The translations under genes and the position numbers were made by a program. Below are positions 24,151 through 36,255 of a stretch of DNA of 64,000 nucleotides, piece by piece. The DNA comes from Phoronis australis (lineage: Eukaryota; Animalia; Phoronida), in NCBI GenBank assembly GCA_002633005.1, contig NMRA01000769.1:93991-157990 (forward strand). Reading direction: 5' to 3'. The notes under the pieces were generated by a model. It was not told the origin of the DNA, ran no database searches, and worked only from the letters and a program-made list of their open reading frames with translations. Numbering within the stretch: position 1 is the stretch's first letter; every line of letters begins with the position of its first letter.

Positions 24151-25995
24151 GGTTGCATATGGTCCAATGTCCATTTAATATTATCTTCATGATTTTCAAG
24201 CACAATAAAATAGCTGGTCAATGATAAGCACCGTTACCAGCTCAGACTTCTTCGGCACTCAACATGAACATCACTATCTGTAACTTAGAGAATAAATTAA
24301 CAATAAATACAATGTTTACAATCAAAGAGGCATAGAACGGGAAAACTGATTATGAAAATACCTTTTAAACACATCATGGCAAATCTACTTCTTGACGAAG
24401 TTAACATGACAGTTATTCACTTTGAATAATGTAATTTTGTCCATCGTTCAGGTTCTATGCCGCTTTAACAGTAAACATATGGAATACGCGGCACTGCTAC
24501 AACAATGACAGTTTTAAATATTAAACATTACTACTGCATTTAAATCTCAAGTCAAACAAACTGAAGAAGTTTGACTAGCATATTAAAAGCAAATCTTTCA
24601 AAATTCAGCAATAATTACATCTGATCCACTTTCATATCTTTGTATAATACTATGCATTACCCTTTGTTTATGATAACTTCAGTGCTGTGTCTTTTTCAAA
24701 TTCTTTAAGTACTCAATACATCAACTAATTCTGTCAAACTTAGCCTCCAGCCCATTGTAAAATTTCAGTCTCCAATTCTATTGACCATTTCATTACCAAA
24801 ACTTCCCCAAACCACCAATATCTAGTGATAGTCAGTTTAGGAAATGGAAAACAAGTGATGAATGTCAAGGTCCAATAACTCCCAGGGCTGACCAGAGCAT
24901 AATGACCCATTGCAGTGGCGGATTTATTCTCCCAGATTCCATTTGGCAGTTCGTGGGTGTGAATGTCTGACGGGCAAAATCTCGGCTAATACTCTGCCCT
25001 GGCCCACCCTAACGCATTGTACATAGAATACCAGCTAATAGTTAGCTGTTGACAGCTCACCACATGCAGTTTCCAAATAATTACATCAGGATGGTGAAGA
25101 ACAATAAACTCAATCACAAAAAATCATTTTTCCATCCAAAAAAGCATTAAAAATACCTGCAGCATACCATACTACAACATCCGGTGTACAGCGCCACCTA
25201 GTATGCACTGAAGAAGACATCGAAAAAAGGCAGATGTCAAAAATTTCTGCGCCAGGTATTTTTTACGCTTTTTGGTGGGAAAATGAATTTTCATGAGTGT
25301 ATCACTACAAGCAAGGTGGATAGCTGAAACATTGTCATGATTGTCAACTCATGTATATGATCTTCATAATATTGGACAATGTATTGCACACCCACAAAGC
25401 ATTGTTTTACATTTGCGAATAGAGATATTATTAATGACCCAATCATTCAAAAGCACTCGCTATCGTGTAGCTTTGGTACTAGGACATACTAAAAAGAACT
25501 ACTTCAAAAGACTCTGATTTTCTGCAATAACCGAAACAAGACAGAATTCACGGAATCTGACCTCTTCCACAGAGTTAGAGATTATGAGTAAACTATTAGT
25601 AAACGATACCACAGTTCTAACATTGTTGTTTTCGCTCGCGAAAATTAAGAATAGAACCCATCCAATATTCTGGCCACAAATCCATAAATGATTGTTTTGA
25701 AGAAGGGATGTTGTTCATTCTTCCTGAAGGTAGCGCTTTTCCTTTCCCCCATTGAGTAGCGTTAAACACGGGGTGCAGCATGTTATCCGTCAAACAGAGC
25801 TGCGGAATAATTCAGCATAAAAGTAAGGCAGTTTCCAGGTCATTTTTTTATATAATTCATCAATTTGATTATAATAAAATGAATTTTCCAAATTAACAAA
25901 ATGAAAATAGGAAACTTTATGTTTGCTGGAACGTATCTTTCCATTTTGGAAAATGAAAAACAGGTCTCTGTGTTTCCAGTAAGCTATGAACAATG

Positions 25996-26184
25996 TTAAT
26001 CAAAATAATTGGGAAATTCACTGACGATACGTCGCACGATGTCTTTGTCCTCTTCACTGGCTTCCTCCTCATCCTCACTAATACGAGTGAAACACTGTCT
26101 CAACTCACTACTCCTATGTAGGCTCTCCTCTTGGCAGCAGTTCTGGATTATTAAGTAAACCAGCTTCAGGTAGTCATGGCGAAT
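25996..26184 (-). CDS. NCKIPSD: NCKIPSD coding exon 11 (last)
   Basis: Acceptor tttcag; IRHDYLKLVYLII...DKDIVRRIVSEFPNYFD*; 189 nt including TAA. Confidence 0.9.
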   Translation of the reverse strand: MRHDYLKLVYLIIQNCCQEESLHRSSELRQCFTRISEDEEEASEEDKDIVRRIVSEFPNYFD

Positions 26185-26417
26185 CTGAAATCAAATCAAA
26201 ATTGAATGAAGCCATTTGACCAAAGTGCCAGCCTTGAAACAGGTCGGCTCTCAACATCCATTAAGTTACAAATTGTTGATAATTTTGATCTAGATATGCC
26301 TTTGATACAAAAAGGGAGAAAATAGTAAACAGTGTGGGCTTTATAATACTCTTTTTACTGATGGATGTCCACCTCATTGTATGCCACCCACATGTCCACA
26401 CTGATAATGGCCAATAT

Positions 26418-26740
26418 TTTGGTATTGATAACCAACACACCATGACCTCACGTTAAGATGGAGTTAAGTGTCAAGGAATCACTGACTTTGATAACCAACA
26501 CACCATGACCTCACACTAAGTTATAGAATAGAAATGAGTGCCAGGCAATCACTGACTTTGATAACCAACACACCATGACCTCACACTAAGTTATAGAATA
26601 GAAATGAGTGCCAGGCAATCACTGACTTTGATAACCAACACACCATGACCTCACACTAAGTTATAGAATAGAAATGAGTGCCAGGCAATCACTGACTTTG
26701 ATAACCGCCACACAACGACCTCACACTAAGTTGTAGAATG
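26418..26740. repeat. 62-bp minisatellite, about 5 copies
   Basis: ttgataaccaacacaccatgacctcacactaagttatagaatagaaatgagtgccaggcaatcactgact repeated. Confidence 0.95.
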
Positions 26741-26763
26741 GAGACGTCAGAAAATCAGTGTAC

Positions 26764-26936
26764 CTTATCAGCAGCGGCCAGATTGGACAATTGGCGTACA
26801 ATGATGTCAATCATGACTCGTGCATCATTTGTATACAACAGTCTGGCTGTATCAGCACTAGTGAAGAGATCCTGCAGGAACTTGATGACAGAGTTTGTGT
26901 TGCTTGAACTGTGCTTTAACAGCTGTACAGGGTCAT
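26764..26936 (-). CDS. NCKIPSD: NCKIPSD coding exon 10
   Basis: DDPVQLLKH...SVIKFLQDLF...LYTNDARVMIDIIVRQLSNLAAADK, matching the SPIN90/Ldb17 C-terminal domain; cag acceptor, gtacac donor. Confidence 0.92.
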
Positions 26937-27014
26937 CTGTTGGCACAGAGAACAAGGTGTTCATATATTTAATATTCAGAAAAAAACACGAGCTCAATAA
27001 TATCCCTTGTACCA

Positions 27015-27380
27015 TAAGCCATCAGGGTACTGGCAGAAATCTTTGTGCCACATGGTCACCTACGGGTGGTGCATGGCGATTGTCAAGCAATTCCTGGTGG
27101 TTGTTACTTGCAAGGAGGCGCAGGTAAATAGCTGGTTATTCACTGCCTCTTTTCAACTTGGGTTTAGTGTTCATGATTTCAGCTGCTTCTCTGATTTTAC
27201 GATTACAATATTTATTTTTTTTTTGGATAGTATTTGACTGTGGTTTTGCAAATGCCATGTCCATACAGAAAACACCTCCTCACAAGTAACAGCCACCAGG
27301 TGGTGTTTAACAATTGCCAAGTACTACCCACAGGTAGCCAAGTGACACGAGCAGTCTTGCAAGAACCCCGACGAAGGGCC
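27015..27380. repeat. Foldback element with ~100-bp imperfect inverted arms
   Basis: 27020-27122 aligns with the reverse complement of 27270-27374. Confidence 0.65.
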
Positions 27381-27889
27381 CAAGATGGGCTCGAAAGCCA
27401 GGTCTGCAAATACAAACAGGTTGCCGATAGGTAACTACTTTATTCCCTACACTATGTAACAGTGCCCGTAATGAAATTTATTCTACCATTTTTGTACCAT
27501 ATTTTAGAAATTGGTTTGTTATTTCAAGTATATTCAATCACTGTTGCATGCCACTTCATCCAGCATCAATTAAGTAATTGTAGGACTGAACCACCTTAAA
27601 GCCACTACACACAAGGAAAATATCGCTTTCCTCACTCACACACATAGCAATTTACAGACTCAATGTATCATAAAATCTAACCTTCATTCTCATCTCATAA
27701 CTTTAAAGCTGCAATGACCCTACCCACCTCTAGAAAACACTACTTCTGATTAGGCAACACAGTGTTTTAAAACTGTTCGCAGGTTATTCTAGTTTTTTCT
27801 GGGTTTGGAAAAAATGTCAGTTCATTATGGCGCAAGGCAATGCACAGCCCACCTGAGGAGCGGATGAGCTGAGCTTCATTACTATCCAT

Positions 27890-28028
27890 ATGTACCGGCA
27901 CTTGAGTACTAGTGTACTGCCCCTATCTTTATGTACCAGTACTTGAGTACTGGTGTACTGCCCCAATCTTTATGCACCAGTACTTGAGTACTGGTGTACT
28001 GTCCCAATGTTTATGTACCAGTACTTAA
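27890..28028. repeat. ~39-bp tandem repeat, interrupted by the 28029-29656 insertion
   Basis: tatgtaccagtacttgagtactggtgtactgccc units; the last unit resumes at 29657. Confidence 0.85.
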
Positions 28029-29656
28029 AAGGGAACTGTAATTTATTCTGAATAAATTCTGGATAGTTTGCTATGAATTGTTGATTAATTTCACAAATAA
28101 TTCAACACCAAAAATTAAACTTATATTCTCTAACGAAGCTAAAAAAATTACCGGCTTGGAGAGCTGCTTAGTCTCATGACGTATTTGGCGGGGGCAAAGT
28201 CACTGTCCTGTGTTAGCGTGCAATCAAGTAGCGTTTTTCATATTGTCGGAATAAGAAATTTTAGTGTGAAATGTCGGGTCACCAGGGATACCTGTTTGAG
28301 CCGAGGCAACACAAAGTGATACCCAGTCATCGTCATCGTCAGACGAAAATTTGCCGGTGCAACTGGTGTCAGTGACTGTGCCGAGGGCAATGTGGACTCT
28401 AGCCATCCAGTCAGCCAGCTGTCAGCCAATACTCCGGCAGCTCTGTAAACTTGAAGGGTTGGTAAGTTACCTACTGTAGCTGTATGAAGACTATCGTACC
28501 ACTGTGTGTTGAGCTCCGTTAACCCCGAAATTTCAGACAGCCGTTGACTACCCGGGTATAGTTGACTCAGTTATGCTCGTCACCTCGTCGTAAAACTTAG
28601 GCTACATCAACATATAAAGCTAACGGACCGGCGGGGGCGCATGCAAAATCTGGTATAGTCACCCGACACTCCCATTGTTCGTTGCAGCCGTTTAAATGGA
28701 AAACAATCAAATAAACGTCATTTGGTAGCATAATTTGCCGCCTTTTTAACAAAGAAGTGTGTCGTCCGTTTCAAGAACAGCACGCTCGTGACACGGCGCA
28801 CGCGCCATTTCATAAAAATTTGAGACGTCTTTCGGGACATGATAACAGCTTCGCAGCACCAAGGTTGTTCTAAAATTCGGTTTGCTGATGTAAAAATACT
28901 AAAAACTTGAAACAAAATGAAACAAGCTCCGATAATTTGTTATAACATGTACGCAACCTAGGTACCGTCAGCGACGAACACTTGATAAAAGAATCAGGGG
29001 GAAAAGAAACTGGTAAAGGTCAGGTGACGTAATCGCAAAAAGCCGAGAACACATCACAATTTTACTAGCAGCAGCCGATGAACGATCGCTAACATTTCCA
29101 ACACCGGTAAATACAGAAGTTAGTTTACTCTAGGAACCTGGTTCCTAGGTTTACTCAAGGATGACTTAGTTTTAATGACATTTATTTGAGTCAGATTTTA
29201 TTTGTACATTTTTTACCCATATCGGCTAAAACCTGTAGGCCCATATCTACACTGAGCTTTGGGCCAAGGCTTGGGTAACCCGGCGATGGTATGCGATGAC
29301 CATCCCTTTAGAAGACGCCTTTTTCGAAGAGTTTGAGCAACCAGGTGCCATACAAAAAGGCATAGCGAACCTTTTACAGCACTGTGGCAAACAATAAAAA
29401 ATAAGGACGATTGATACAATGATAAATTACGATGTAAACTCTTCAAATATGACATGAGCAATGAATGTGTAAAGCAGCCGATACCCCGCCGTTCACGTCA
29501 CTGACGCATCAGCCAATCAGCGATCGCTTTCAGAATTCTGTGTTTTGACCATGAATTCGAATTGGCTTTAGTTTGGCACGCAAGTCAGGCAAATGTGAGT
29601 TTTATTTGTATGTTAGAACCGATTAACTGCAACATTATTTTGACTACAGTCCCCTT
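28029..29656. mobile_element. Non-autonomous Kolobok-type element (1.6 kb) in NCKIPSD intron 9
   Basis: TTAA TSD (28025-28028, 29657-29660). TIRs aagggaactgta / tacagtcccctt. Excision rebuilds the repeat unit gtacttaagtactggtgtactgccc. Confidence 0.8.
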
Positions 29657-29695
29657 TTAAGTACTGGTGTACTGCCCTACATACTGAATGCCTAC

Positions 29696-29917
29696 CTTCC
29701 CTATTAAAAAGAAGTAATATTTTCTCAGTGATTGTCTTTGCCGTGCCATGACGACCTAGTTCCTTCATCACGATATTATCCATCACTGTCTCAAAGTGAA
29801 GGTTGAACGCCAACAGAAGGTTAACAAACATGTCCGGCACCTGGTCATTGGCATCGTCAACAGGGGGCACTTCTATGTGGTCCAGCAGAAACCGAACAAA
29901 ACCACCATTAAGATGTT
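29696..29917 (-). CDS. NCKIPSD: NCKIPSD coding exon 9
   Basis: EHLNGGFVRFLL...PDMFVNLLLAFNLHF...EKILLLFNRE; tag acceptor, gtaggc donor; phase 1 to 1. Confidence 0.92.
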
Positions 29918-30290
29918 CTAAAAAGATAATATCAAAAACATACACTGGGTACTGCATAATCACAAGCTGACCATTATCTGCAGAGAACGAGGACAGACTG
30001 AGAGCATTCCCAACAAAATGAGGGGATAATTTAAAATATTTTAGTTAGCCTAGACGAGATGTTGCTAGAACATGATCCTGCCTTCTATATAATGCCGTAA
30101 CTTGAAGTAACACTGCCAGAAGTATGAGTGCTCAAGTGTGGTTGGACTTCATGTTCTGTGGTTAAGGGTGTTTGTTTGCTGTAAGGATTTTTGAAGCACG
30201 TCACAAGGGTGCGTGCAGTTGGTTATTTCCACAAGCTTCAAAAAATACTCAATTTCCACCAAAATCAACACATCTGGCATCATACTTTAC

Positions 30291-30371
30291 CATAATGATT
30301 GAAGGGTACCGTCTCTCCAGTCGAGAATATCATGGTCAAAACAAGTGACGAGTAACAGAGCTTCTGAATAT
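30291..30371 (-). CDS. NCKIPSD: NCKIPSD coding exon 8
   Basis: DIQKLCYSSLVLTMIFSTGETVPFNHY; tttcag acceptor, gtaaag donor. Confidence 0.92.
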
Positions 30372-30894
30372 CTGAAAGAAAGTCAATCACTTGAGAGACA
30401 GCGCCATCTTGAGGCTTGGGGATGAGGTTGAGACACTCTTCCACAATTATATTATTCATCAAGCTAAAAGCTAGCAAAGCACTCAGTAAAACCCAGTAGG
30501 TGATGCAGCATTACAAAAATACAAGTTTGCATTTTAAAGCAATATAAAATGGGACACTAGACTGCCCACTGATTTAAACTGAACATTAAGCAGCCAGCAC
30601 TTGTACTGCCAGTGTTTATTTGTACCATAGGAATGCAGAAAACTAAAGAAATCGTCAACACATAGAAATTCAGCAAACAAATATTATGGAAACAAGTGTA
30701 ATATGCAAAGAAATTGCCATTTAAAATCAGAATAATTTCTTGTAAACGGAATGATAAAATTCACATCTCCCAACAAGTCGTCTCCAGACTCAGACCTTTA
30801 AATATGTCCATATATACTTATGGTGAGACCTAAGTCAAACATGAATTTGTTAAAACATTATTTTGAAATACTGAAAAAAAGACACGATGCATAC

Positions 30895-31033
30895 CTTTTG
30901 TGTCTGTCTGAATGTCCCTGGCAAGTTCAAGAGGAAGAATAGAACAGAGCAGCAGAGTAACGACCTCTGGTGACAATGTGCAGAGTGAACCAAACACCTG
31001 CAGAAGCAGTAACCGGATGGAGGTCCGACACTC
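30895..31033 (-). CDS. NCKIPSD: NCKIPSD coding exon 7
   Basis: ECRTSIRLLLLQVFGSLC...LPLELARDIQTDTK; ttgcag acceptor, gtatgc donor. Confidence 0.92.
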
Positions 31034-31144
31034 CTGCAAAAGTGTTGGCAATCACGAACATGCTCACTAAGGTGCCCTTAAAATATTTTTGCCCTCACCT
31101 CACCTGAAGTCCAAGGACGGGCGGGAAAACAAACTTAATTTTAG

Positions 31145-31511
31145 TTTACACCCCATCTGTAGTCAGGAATAGTCACTTGACAGTACTCACCACCTAGGCA
31201 AGATGAACAGTATTTAACATTTGTACTCCATCTATTGGCAAGATTAGAAGTACTTGTGGTACTGGTATTCATTATTCACACCCCATCTGTTGGAGGAGAT
31301 TAGCAGTACCTCCTTGTGGTACTCACCATTTACACCCCATCTATTAGCAAGATTATAAGTACTTGTGGTATTCACTATTTACACCCCATCTGTTGGAAAG
31401 ATTAGTTACCACTTACACCCATCCATTGGCAGAGATTGGCAGTACCTACTTGTGGTACTCACCACTTACACCCCATCTATTGGCAAGATCAGTAGTATTT
31501 GCAGTACTCAC
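31145..31511. repeat. ~45-50-bp minisatellite containing copies of the exon 6 splice donor
   Basis: Units acaccccatct(a/g)ttggcaagattag...gtactcacc. Confidence 0.85.
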
Positions 31512-31598
31512 CATTTGATAATACTGAACTAAAGATTGCACAGCCTCATACTCATCCTCGGCTACAACACGGCTACAAATGGACTGATTTGCATCACT
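31512..31598 (-). CDS. NCKIPSD: NCKIPSD coding exon 6 (not in the ORF track)
   Basis: SDANQSICSRVVAEDEYEAVQSLVQYYQM; ttccag acceptor, gtgagt donor; 87 nt, phase 0 to 0. Confidence 0.9.
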
Positions 31599-31784
31599 CT
31601 GGAAGTTTTAAATGATTTACATGGTTTTGAAATATTCTCATTCAACAATCACCAAAATTATTAAATATTTAAACTGTCTGTCCCTTGAACCTCAATGTTC
31701 TTTAGTTCATGCAACTCATTAAACCAAGTACAACCAGTTCTCATTACCTTCATTATCACTTTACCACTTAATTGCATTATATTT

Positions 31785-32020
31785 ACCAGTTTAAAATTAG
31801 TTCATAAAATCATTTTTTAAAATGATTTAATGAACTTAAAAGTATAAATAATGTTTAAAAATAATATACTGCTAATTTTGATTTTATTTAGGGGAGATCA
31901 TACCAGTTTAAAATTAGTTCATAAAATCATTTTTTAAAATGATTTAATGAACTTAAAAGTATAAATAATGTTTAAAAATAATATACTGCTAATTTTGATT
32001 TTATTTAGGGGAGATCATAC
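31785..32020. repeat. Tandem duplication of a ~116-bp AT-rich unit
   Basis: taccagtttaaaattagttcataaaatc...ggggagatca appears twice, nearly identical. Confidence 0.9.
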
Positions 32021-32310
32021 ATCAACCACATGGTAATAGTGTCCAAGAATAAAACTAACGTGTGACTTTCAAACTGACATGCGACTTTCAAATGACATGT
32101 AAAAAAGGCCACTTGACAATAAGTGACAGAGAAGAAGGACACCCCTCAGCTGACCACTATTCAATGTAACTTGTTGATCAAATATTAAACAGTAACAAAA
32201 CAGAAATAAACTCAGAACCTAATCCTTGGAACCTCTTTCACATGAAGCAAAAATTTCAGACTTTCAAGAAATTGCATAAAACTATCTGAGAATGCTATTG
32301 TCACACCTAC

Positions 32311-32472
32311 CAGGATGGAGATGAGCTGGTCCAACATTTCAGTAATCATGCCTTCGTCCTCATATAGACTCCAACTTCTCTGTTGAGAGTCATCCTTACA
32401 CTCGCACAGCTTCATGAAGATTGACCTCAGTTTCTCAGCATCCTCACTCTGCTCAAGGCTTTCACACGGCAA
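32311..32472 (-). CDS. NCKIPSD: NCKIPSD coding exon 5
   Basis: LPCESLEQ...CKDDSQQRSWSLYEDEGMITEMLDQLISIL (hallmark KDDxQQRSWxLYEDE); tag acceptor, gtaggt donor. Confidence 0.93.
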
Positions 32473-32859
32473 CTACACACCAATGAAGTAGTGACTCGAG
32501 ACAAAATCAATTGATCTATTTTGCATTGATCTATTTTCATCAACCTTTAGCTTAGACTTTATTTCTCCTGTCATCTTTAGGTGTCAAAGTGTTTTCAGAA
32601 GAATGGGGACAGGAATATGGTACACTAATGAGCACTTTTTGAAATTGTTAGCACACGTGAAAATTTCAAAAAATGTTCATAATGAAAGTACCACATATCA
32701 CTTGGCTACCAGACGGTGGGAGAAATAGACAAATGAAATGTTGAGGCTGAAAGTTGATGCAAATAGATTTTACAATGATGTCATTCATTACAATACCATA
32801 TGATTTTCGGAAGTTTTTTTATCAAACATGTTTAAAGAGTTATATGAGATACAAATATC

Positions 32860-33177
32860 CAAGGATATTCCTGACCAGGTGTGAACCTGTGCCCTTTGGG
32901 CGCACCTGATGATAAAAAGTGTGCCTTCTTCAAAAAGTTGTGCCCAGAACATTTAGTGTAATTAAAGTGGTAACATATGAAACAGAAACCCCAAAGGCAA
33001 TCAAAATAACAGCAGAGTCATCTTTTACCTAACTGTCTGTAAGTTGACTAAAATCTTGCATTTTTGGAAGAATGCTGCATTTTAAAAAATGTGCAGGGGG
33101 GGAACTGCCGCAATGTAATGCGCATTTTTATTTTTTATGCGCTAATGGCACAAAGGCACAGTCCAGGAATATCCCTG
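32860..33177. mobile_element. hAT-like MITE
   Basis: TIRs caaggatattcctg / caggaatatccctg. No TSD preserved. Confidence 0.5.
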
Positions 33178-33432
33178 CATCTCTGTGAGATATGAGGGGA
33201 TACTAATACCATCCTCCAGATTGAAGACAGTCTATGAAAACGATCTGCTTTTTCAGACTACGAGCCTGGTATTTGCAGGGACAGTGGAGGAGAATGATCA
33301 CAATCATGAAATGTGGCCAATGGAATCACTCCTACATCCTGCACTAAGTATTGCCATCCCTACGCCCTGCACTAAATATTATTGTATTCTGCGCCACCTA
33401 GTGGCCATGCACTAACTATTGCCATTGTTTAC

Positions 33433-33941
33433 CTGTTGATGTAGAAGTTCAGCTACAACATCCATCAAAGAACTTATCTCAGTCACATTTTCTCCCAACA
33501 CAGCAATTACCGTTTGCACAGCGATTACCGACTTGCCATAACTAAGTCCCGTACTCCGACGTACAGCTTCAACCAGATCACTACCCAGCCGTGTATTCCG
33601 ACGCACGGTTTCAAGTACACCTTTATCTAATTCAAACCGTAATAGAGACTTTCTGTCAGCACCCACTTCCTCAGGCCTTGCTTGATTTTGCACAAGTTTG
33701 TCTTTGTCTCCATCACACTGATTACTAGAGGAACAGCTAGCGCCACCTGTGTTATGACTATCACTAAGAGTGTTGAGCACATCTGTATTCAAATCAGCAG
33801 CACAGAGCATCCGTGTTAAAGATGCACCCATCAGATCAGACGTCTTCTCTCTCCTATGTGACACGTGCTGCACCGCGTCTGTAGTCAACTGTGGAGGTGG
33901 TGGGGGTGCTGCTCGTCGTTTGCTGGACTGACGCTTTGAGA
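33433..33941 (-). CDS. NCKIPSD: NCKIPSD coding exon 4 (proline-rich motif and linker)
   Basis: SKRQSSKRRAAPPPPP...LVEAVRRSTGLSYGKSVIAV...; ttatag acceptor, gtaaac donor; 509 nt. Confidence 0.88.
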
Positions 33942-34167
33942 CTATAAAAGAAAGGGGTTGAGATAAAAAAGTGATTTGAGGCAACAAAGGAGGCCAACTT
34001 TTTAGTTGCAAGCTGTCACATTGAAATTTATCATCAGAGGCAACTGAGAGAACAGAATTTCAGGCTGCAGTAGCAAAAATTCCGTCAACGTTCACTGAAC
34101 ACATTCTTATGAGAAAAAGGCTGAACCCATTTGATATGGGATGTTATTAAGATGATCCAAATTGTAA

Positions 34168-34293
34168 CCACCAAGCTCACGTCCGCCAAGCTCACGTCCA
34201 CCAAGCACACGTCCGCCAAGCACACGTCCGCCAAGCACACGTCCGCCAAGCACACGTCCGCCAAGCACACGTCCGCAAAGCTCACATCCGCCA
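34168..34293. repeat. 15-bp minisatellite, about 8 copies
   Basis: gccaagcacacgtcc repeated. It explains three spurious repetitive ORFs. Confidence 0.95.
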
Positions 34294-36255
34294 TCTTGTT
34301 TATTCACTCATGAGGAGTCAGGATATCTCTTTTTTTACATTTTGCATTTTATTGAAGAAGTACATTGATTAGGAATACACTCTATCAACATCATATGTTT
34401 TTAAACATTTTTATTAAAATACAATATACGAAACAAACTGTGACAAAAAGACAACAAATTATAAAATAAGTAATGACTGGTATAAAGCAAACTCTAACAA
34501 GATTATTGTCTTCACTTCCTTTCATGAATCATAAATTAATTAAAACAATGTTGTAAGCGATGAAAACCAGCTTTGGAAAGGATGTTGTATAATATTCTGA
34601 AGCAGCTGTGTGCAGGAGCATCTACCTTGCGTATACCTAGAATGGACTTATTGATTTTTCAACCAGTTAATGTGTACCAAAGGGATGATTCAGGTGAATA
34701 AGTGCATTACAAGGGAAGACTCTTGTATGGGTTATGGGGCAAAGCCCCAAGAATGGTACGCAATTTACTATAGGTAAATACCTGCTTGGGGTAGAGTTCC
34801 TCCTAGTAAGGTTATTTCAATATCAAGGATGTCTATTTTTATGTAGACGTGTAGACTCCAGTGGTTAAAGTGTAAGTTTGCCTATAGATGGAGTTACCAG
34901 TCTGCCAGCTAAGGGTTACCGGTCTTCCTGTAGATGAGATCCTGCCAGAAGATGGGGCTACTAGTCCACCAGTAAATGGTGTAACTACTCTGGAGTTCCT
35001 TCTAGGGTTTTCATGAAATTTCGGAAATAGGGTTCTGTTAGGGAGGCAACGAACGACACCTTCCCAATTTCCTACGGGTGTGACATATTTTGCGCCATCT
35101 AGTGGCCTTTTCATGATAGCAATAAACATATTACCTAGAAGCATACTGAAGAGAGAGATGGATGCTAAAAATGGACCCAACAATTTCAATAATGGCCACT
35201 AGGTGGCACAGAAAATGACAGATCCGTCTGAAATGGTTAGGGGTTGTCGTCTCCTAACATATTTGCCAAGTTTTAGGAAATTCTATAATGGAATTTTGAA
35301 GATGCAGAGGAAACGTAAAAAAATAAAACTGTCACAAGGGGGCACAGCACTCATACTGGTTCAAAAGTCGTCGCCATCGTTTATGACATTCAGAGAAAAA
35401 CACTCGCAAAATTTCACAAAAAAATCCTGCAAGGGGTTACGGAAATGCAACCACACACCCAAGAATGCCATGAAGGGACACCTCAGTGCTAAGATCTGTC
35501 CAAAAATCAACAGCCATGGACTTTTCAGAAGCAACACATCTGCCAATTTTCATGATGACCCTTCAAGCAACATGGCAGAAAAACAGGTGGACACAAAAAC
35601 ACTGGCCACAACATGGCGCACAATACGTCAGAACTGTCCAAAAATGGAAAAGAGTCATTACCTCACTAACTGCTATTATTATGATATCCATTATACAAAA
35701 ACAGCAACACAATAATTTAATGTTCACTATAATTATTAAAAACAATTATGATAATAACTAAAGATCATAGATTACATAAATTTTATCCATCATTTGAATA
35801 CAACAGCAGCCTGATGTACTTAAGATATTACTAGATTGTACTCCCTACTCATCACTTCCATCACATTTAACATGTTTATGATTAAATGGAATTCATGACA
35901 AAGCTTAGATAACAAATCAAACCCCTCCCAAGAAGACGTCACTTTAACCTCGTACACTTTAATTAATTAAGACACGCAGGCCACGATTAATCACAACTCT
36001 CTTAAGGCTTCATGTTTACCATGTCACAGTCCAGGTTGACTGGCATCTCAAAAGATCCTACATCAAATTTAACTGGGAATCCTGATAACTGCCTAATTAC
36101 AAGGTAATTATGTGGCCAGATCAGGTAAGTGAGGATGACAAACGGAAGCTAGTCAACAAACATCACGTCTGCCATTGAACACGTCAGAAGCACAGCTACA
36201 GTGACAACAAAGTGTGTTGCAGTAGAGGGCTTTGTAGACCAGATGGTGTTGAAGG

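Noticed and set aside
26418-26740. Regular repeats (also 38840-39210, 34168-34293) as CRISPR arrays
   Set aside because: Head-to-tail units without unique spacers, no cas genes, and a eukaryotic intron context.
26738-27127. 129-aa + strand ORF
   Set aside because: Antisense shadow of NCKIPSD exon 10 plus a foldback repeat.
34085-34313. Repeat-protein ORFs (LADVC)n and (KHTSA)n
   Set aside because: Translations of a 15-bp minisatellite in an intron.
34839-35761. 116-170 aa ORFs upstream of the GPCR
   Set aside because: No domain motifs and overlapping frames on both strands. The sequence resembles a non-coding interspersed repeat (also about 23590-23990).
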